Shown here piece after piece: positions 61,678 to 64,000 of a stretch of 64,000 nt of DNA (positions are counted from its first letter, which is position 1; the number at the start of each line of letters is the position of its first letter). The stretch covers positions 87,665 through 151,664 of the forward strand of contig DF237141.1 of the NCBI GenBank assembly GCA_000708835.1. The letters run 5' to 3'. The notes under the pieces were generated by a model. That model had not been told where the DNA came from. It made no database searches and worked only from the letters and a program-made list of their open reading frames with translations. Origin of the DNA: Klebsormidium nitens. Taxonomy: Eukaryota; Plantae; Klebsormidiophyceae. Both the position numbers and the translations under genes were made by a program.

Positions 61678-64000
61678 GTATCAAGCTCCGCAGCTTTATC
61701 AGGGCGGATTCATACCAGAACTTGAAACATATTTGTATCTATCGTCCAGTTGAAACGGCTCAGAAAAATGTCTCCGAGACCGGAAACACTTCGGTCGTCT
61801 GGAAAGAGAAGACGGGGAGAAGACGTTGAAGAAGACGGTTTGATTCTATCCTTCTCAGGCACGGCCCGCGCTGAAGATGGTCGCCCGGTTCGTTGCCGAC
61901 TCCGGGAACTACGAATACGCGTTCAACTGGGTGTTCCGCCAGGACGGCCTCAGGCTTATCACTGTCAACGTTCAAAATTTGAACGTCCGGAATCCTGCAA
62001 ATGAAGGCAGTCGTGAGGTGGGTCTAGAGGACGCCTAAGTTACTACTACGATTCTGAAGTTTGAATTCGAAGTGCCTTATTGACGAGAGGAGCGGGTCTT
62101 TATCCAGAGAAAAGCCACTTGATATGCAGTCTACGTTGCAAGAAACAGTACCTGTCCGTAGTCATACTTGCATCGCTCCTTGAGAACAGCGAAGAAGGAT
62201 GGGCCTGAGAGAACCGCGTCAAAGCGAGCGGGGATGGATCATTAAGCAACTTGCCGAAGTCTCTTCGTTCGATTGTCGAAAGAACACATCACCTGGCCTG
62301 CCCTTCCCAAACATCTTCGTCCCTCCTTTTCTCCAGCTCTGGAGCCAACAACAGTGCAGCAGTGCGGAAGGTTTGAGACGTTTGTTGAACGAAGCCTCGG
62401 CCGCCTTTAACCACGACCATTTTTTTGACTTCGCCTAGACCTCCAATGCTAAATGTTCCAAATAAAACAACTGCACTGAACAGAGTTCAACTAACAATTT
62501 TCATCCTTCCCTTCCCTCAGCTCTGAAGCCAACTTGTTGGACACCAGTAAAGGCACCGCATAAGCGCATTCTGGAACGTTTGAACGTTTGTTTGCGACAA
62601 CGTGGTGGTTGTTAACCGCGACCACTTTTTCAGCTTCCGCCTCCACATGGTATCGCTGCACCAAGAAATACCTTCTACAGACAATCAAAGAGTCCCTCAT
62701 TCTCCGCAGCTCTGCGGCGAACATCAGCGACAGTACCGCGGAGGCGCAGTTTGTTACTAACGTGGTTGCCGTTCATCACGACCACTTCTTCAACTTCCGC
62801 CTCGACATGGACATGGACGGCCAGAACAACTCGTACGTCATCAAGCAGCTGCAGCGCGCGTATAACACCAACGGCACGAAGCCGCGCCAAAGCTACTGGA
62901 CGGTGATTGGTAGGGAGTGGTCTTTTGCTGTCAAGTTCTTCTGGGTTGGAATGCGCTGTCACCGCTGGTCCTGACCTTCCGCGTGATCACTCCGCTGCAT
63001 CAAGATGCTTGTAATTTTGGGCATCTTGGTGGCTGCTGCCATCTCTCTCTTGCATCAAACTGCTTGTGACGCAGAGAGAGTCCGGCGCAGGTTGTTTGAT
63101 AGTCCGTTCTGACCAGATTTTGTCTGAAGAATGTCGATGGCCCTTGTAGATTATCGTCCTTTTCTATAGCCCAACTGGTCGCGTCAGTTTCTTATCGCCG
63201 TGGAATTAATTTTCATCGGTTCTGGCTTCAACGTAAGCCAATTTTGTAAGTCCTTCTTTTTGTCCTGGGCCTTCTTAGCAATGCCGTTTCTTACCCCCGG
63301 CAGGTCACCAAGTACAACAGCAGCGAGAAGTTTGCCTCGGGGGTGTTCACCAACCAGGCCACGGGAGACCAGACGCTGCTCAACTGGTGATCGGAAATGA
63401 CTTCATCACAAACACGGACATTGTGCTGTGGTACACCATGCAGATGCATCATATCCCGACTCAGGTGACGTCACGACTCTGTTACGTGTGCTTCCTGGTC
63501 TGTTGCCGCGTTGAACATTTTCGGAGCCCCAAAGACAGCTGCCTCCGCGTTGTTCGAAAGGATGAATTGATCTTGCAGGTTGGATGAAAGCTTTCGCGCG
63601 ATTTTGAGACGAGTATGTTGAGACCAGTGTGATTTGAAAGATTAGAGATTGAGACTCTGACGTCTCATTACTAATCTAAATGAGCTTTGTCTTCCAGATG
63701 TCACTTCTTGCTGGCTAAAGTCTCCAGCGACTGGGACATTTGTTGCACTACCGGTTCTCGCTTCCGCTACTGTGACGCCACTTCAAGCGGTGTGAATCGG
63801 GCATCCCACAAAAACTGAAAGCAATTTGCAATCTTCTTTGCACCAGGATCAATTCCCTGTGATGCCAACGGAGACGATGGGCTTCCACCTGCACAGCCCG
63901 CCAACTTTTTCGAGAGGAACCCTGTGCTGGCGGCGAACCCTTTCTCGGCGGACTATGGTTTTATGAGCAGCAGCGATGTCCCACGTGGCGCAAGAGTACT
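61678..64000 (+). pseudogene. Copper amine oxidase (CuAO) pseudogene, C-terminal exons recognisable, runs off right edge
   Basis: Exons 61859-62017 (MVARFVADSGNYEYAFNWVFRQDG, TPQ consensus N-Y-E), 62710-62902 (VAVHHDHFFNFRLDMDMDG), 63304-63464 (VTKYN...TDIVLWYTMQMHHIPTQ), 63847- (DQFPVMPT...PANFFERNPVL). Frameshifts near 61980 (+1), 63387 (-1) and 63892 (+2). Upstream exons are only vestigial (QLYQGGFIPEL near 61690). Confidence 0.8.
62330..62650 (+). repeat. Two acceptor-side echoes of CuAO exon 62710-62902
   Basis: cag|CTCTGGAGCCAAC...CCACGACCATTTTTTTGACTTCGCCTAGAC (62334-62440) and cag|CTCTGAAGCCAAC...CGCGACCACTTTTTCAGCTTCCGCCTCCACATGG (62518-62650). Confidence 0.85.

Noticed and set aside
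363-63587. Most entries in the six-frame ORF track
   Set aside because: They are antisense or off-frame shadows of GC-rich exons, or exon read-through into introns; the spliced models explain them.
1-64000. rRNA, tRNA, prophage, or autonomous transposase/reverse transcriptase genes
   Set aside because: No cloverleaf, rRNA signature, or RT/integrase/DDE motif seen by eye; small ncRNAs cannot be excluded without a covariance search.

Overview
Eukaryotic, intron-rich nuclear DNA with GC-rich exons. The gene set (plant-type TRA1, ciliary LRRC9, copper amine oxidase, prolyl 4-hydroxylase) suggests a flagellate-stage green plant lineage, probably a streptophyte alga such as Klebsormidium (inference). 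I reconstructed exons by hand from splice sites and reading-frame phase. Five apparently intact genes: TRA1/TRRAP (- strand, 27 full exons in window, runs off the left edge), a SURP+CID CHERP-like protein (+, 4 exons), a prolyl 4-hydroxylase (+, 7 exons), a GT90/CAP10-type glycosyltransferase (+, 6 exons) and LRRC9 (-, 14 exons). A frameshifted copper amine oxidase pseudogene (+) sits at the right edge. Also present: one clear MITE-like element and several intronic tandem repeats. The outstanding feature is that introns in all six loci hold direct-orientation partial copies ('echoes') of the neighbouring exon with its splice site. Upstream introns carry acceptor + exon 5' end, and downstream introns carry exon 3' end + donor. 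The best-preserved echoes differ from the live exon almost only at synonymous positions (e.g. 11 synonymous, 0 replacement over 26 codons), while their intronic flanks barely align. Simple neutral decay after tandem duplication does not predict this. All counts are manual and need computational confirmation.
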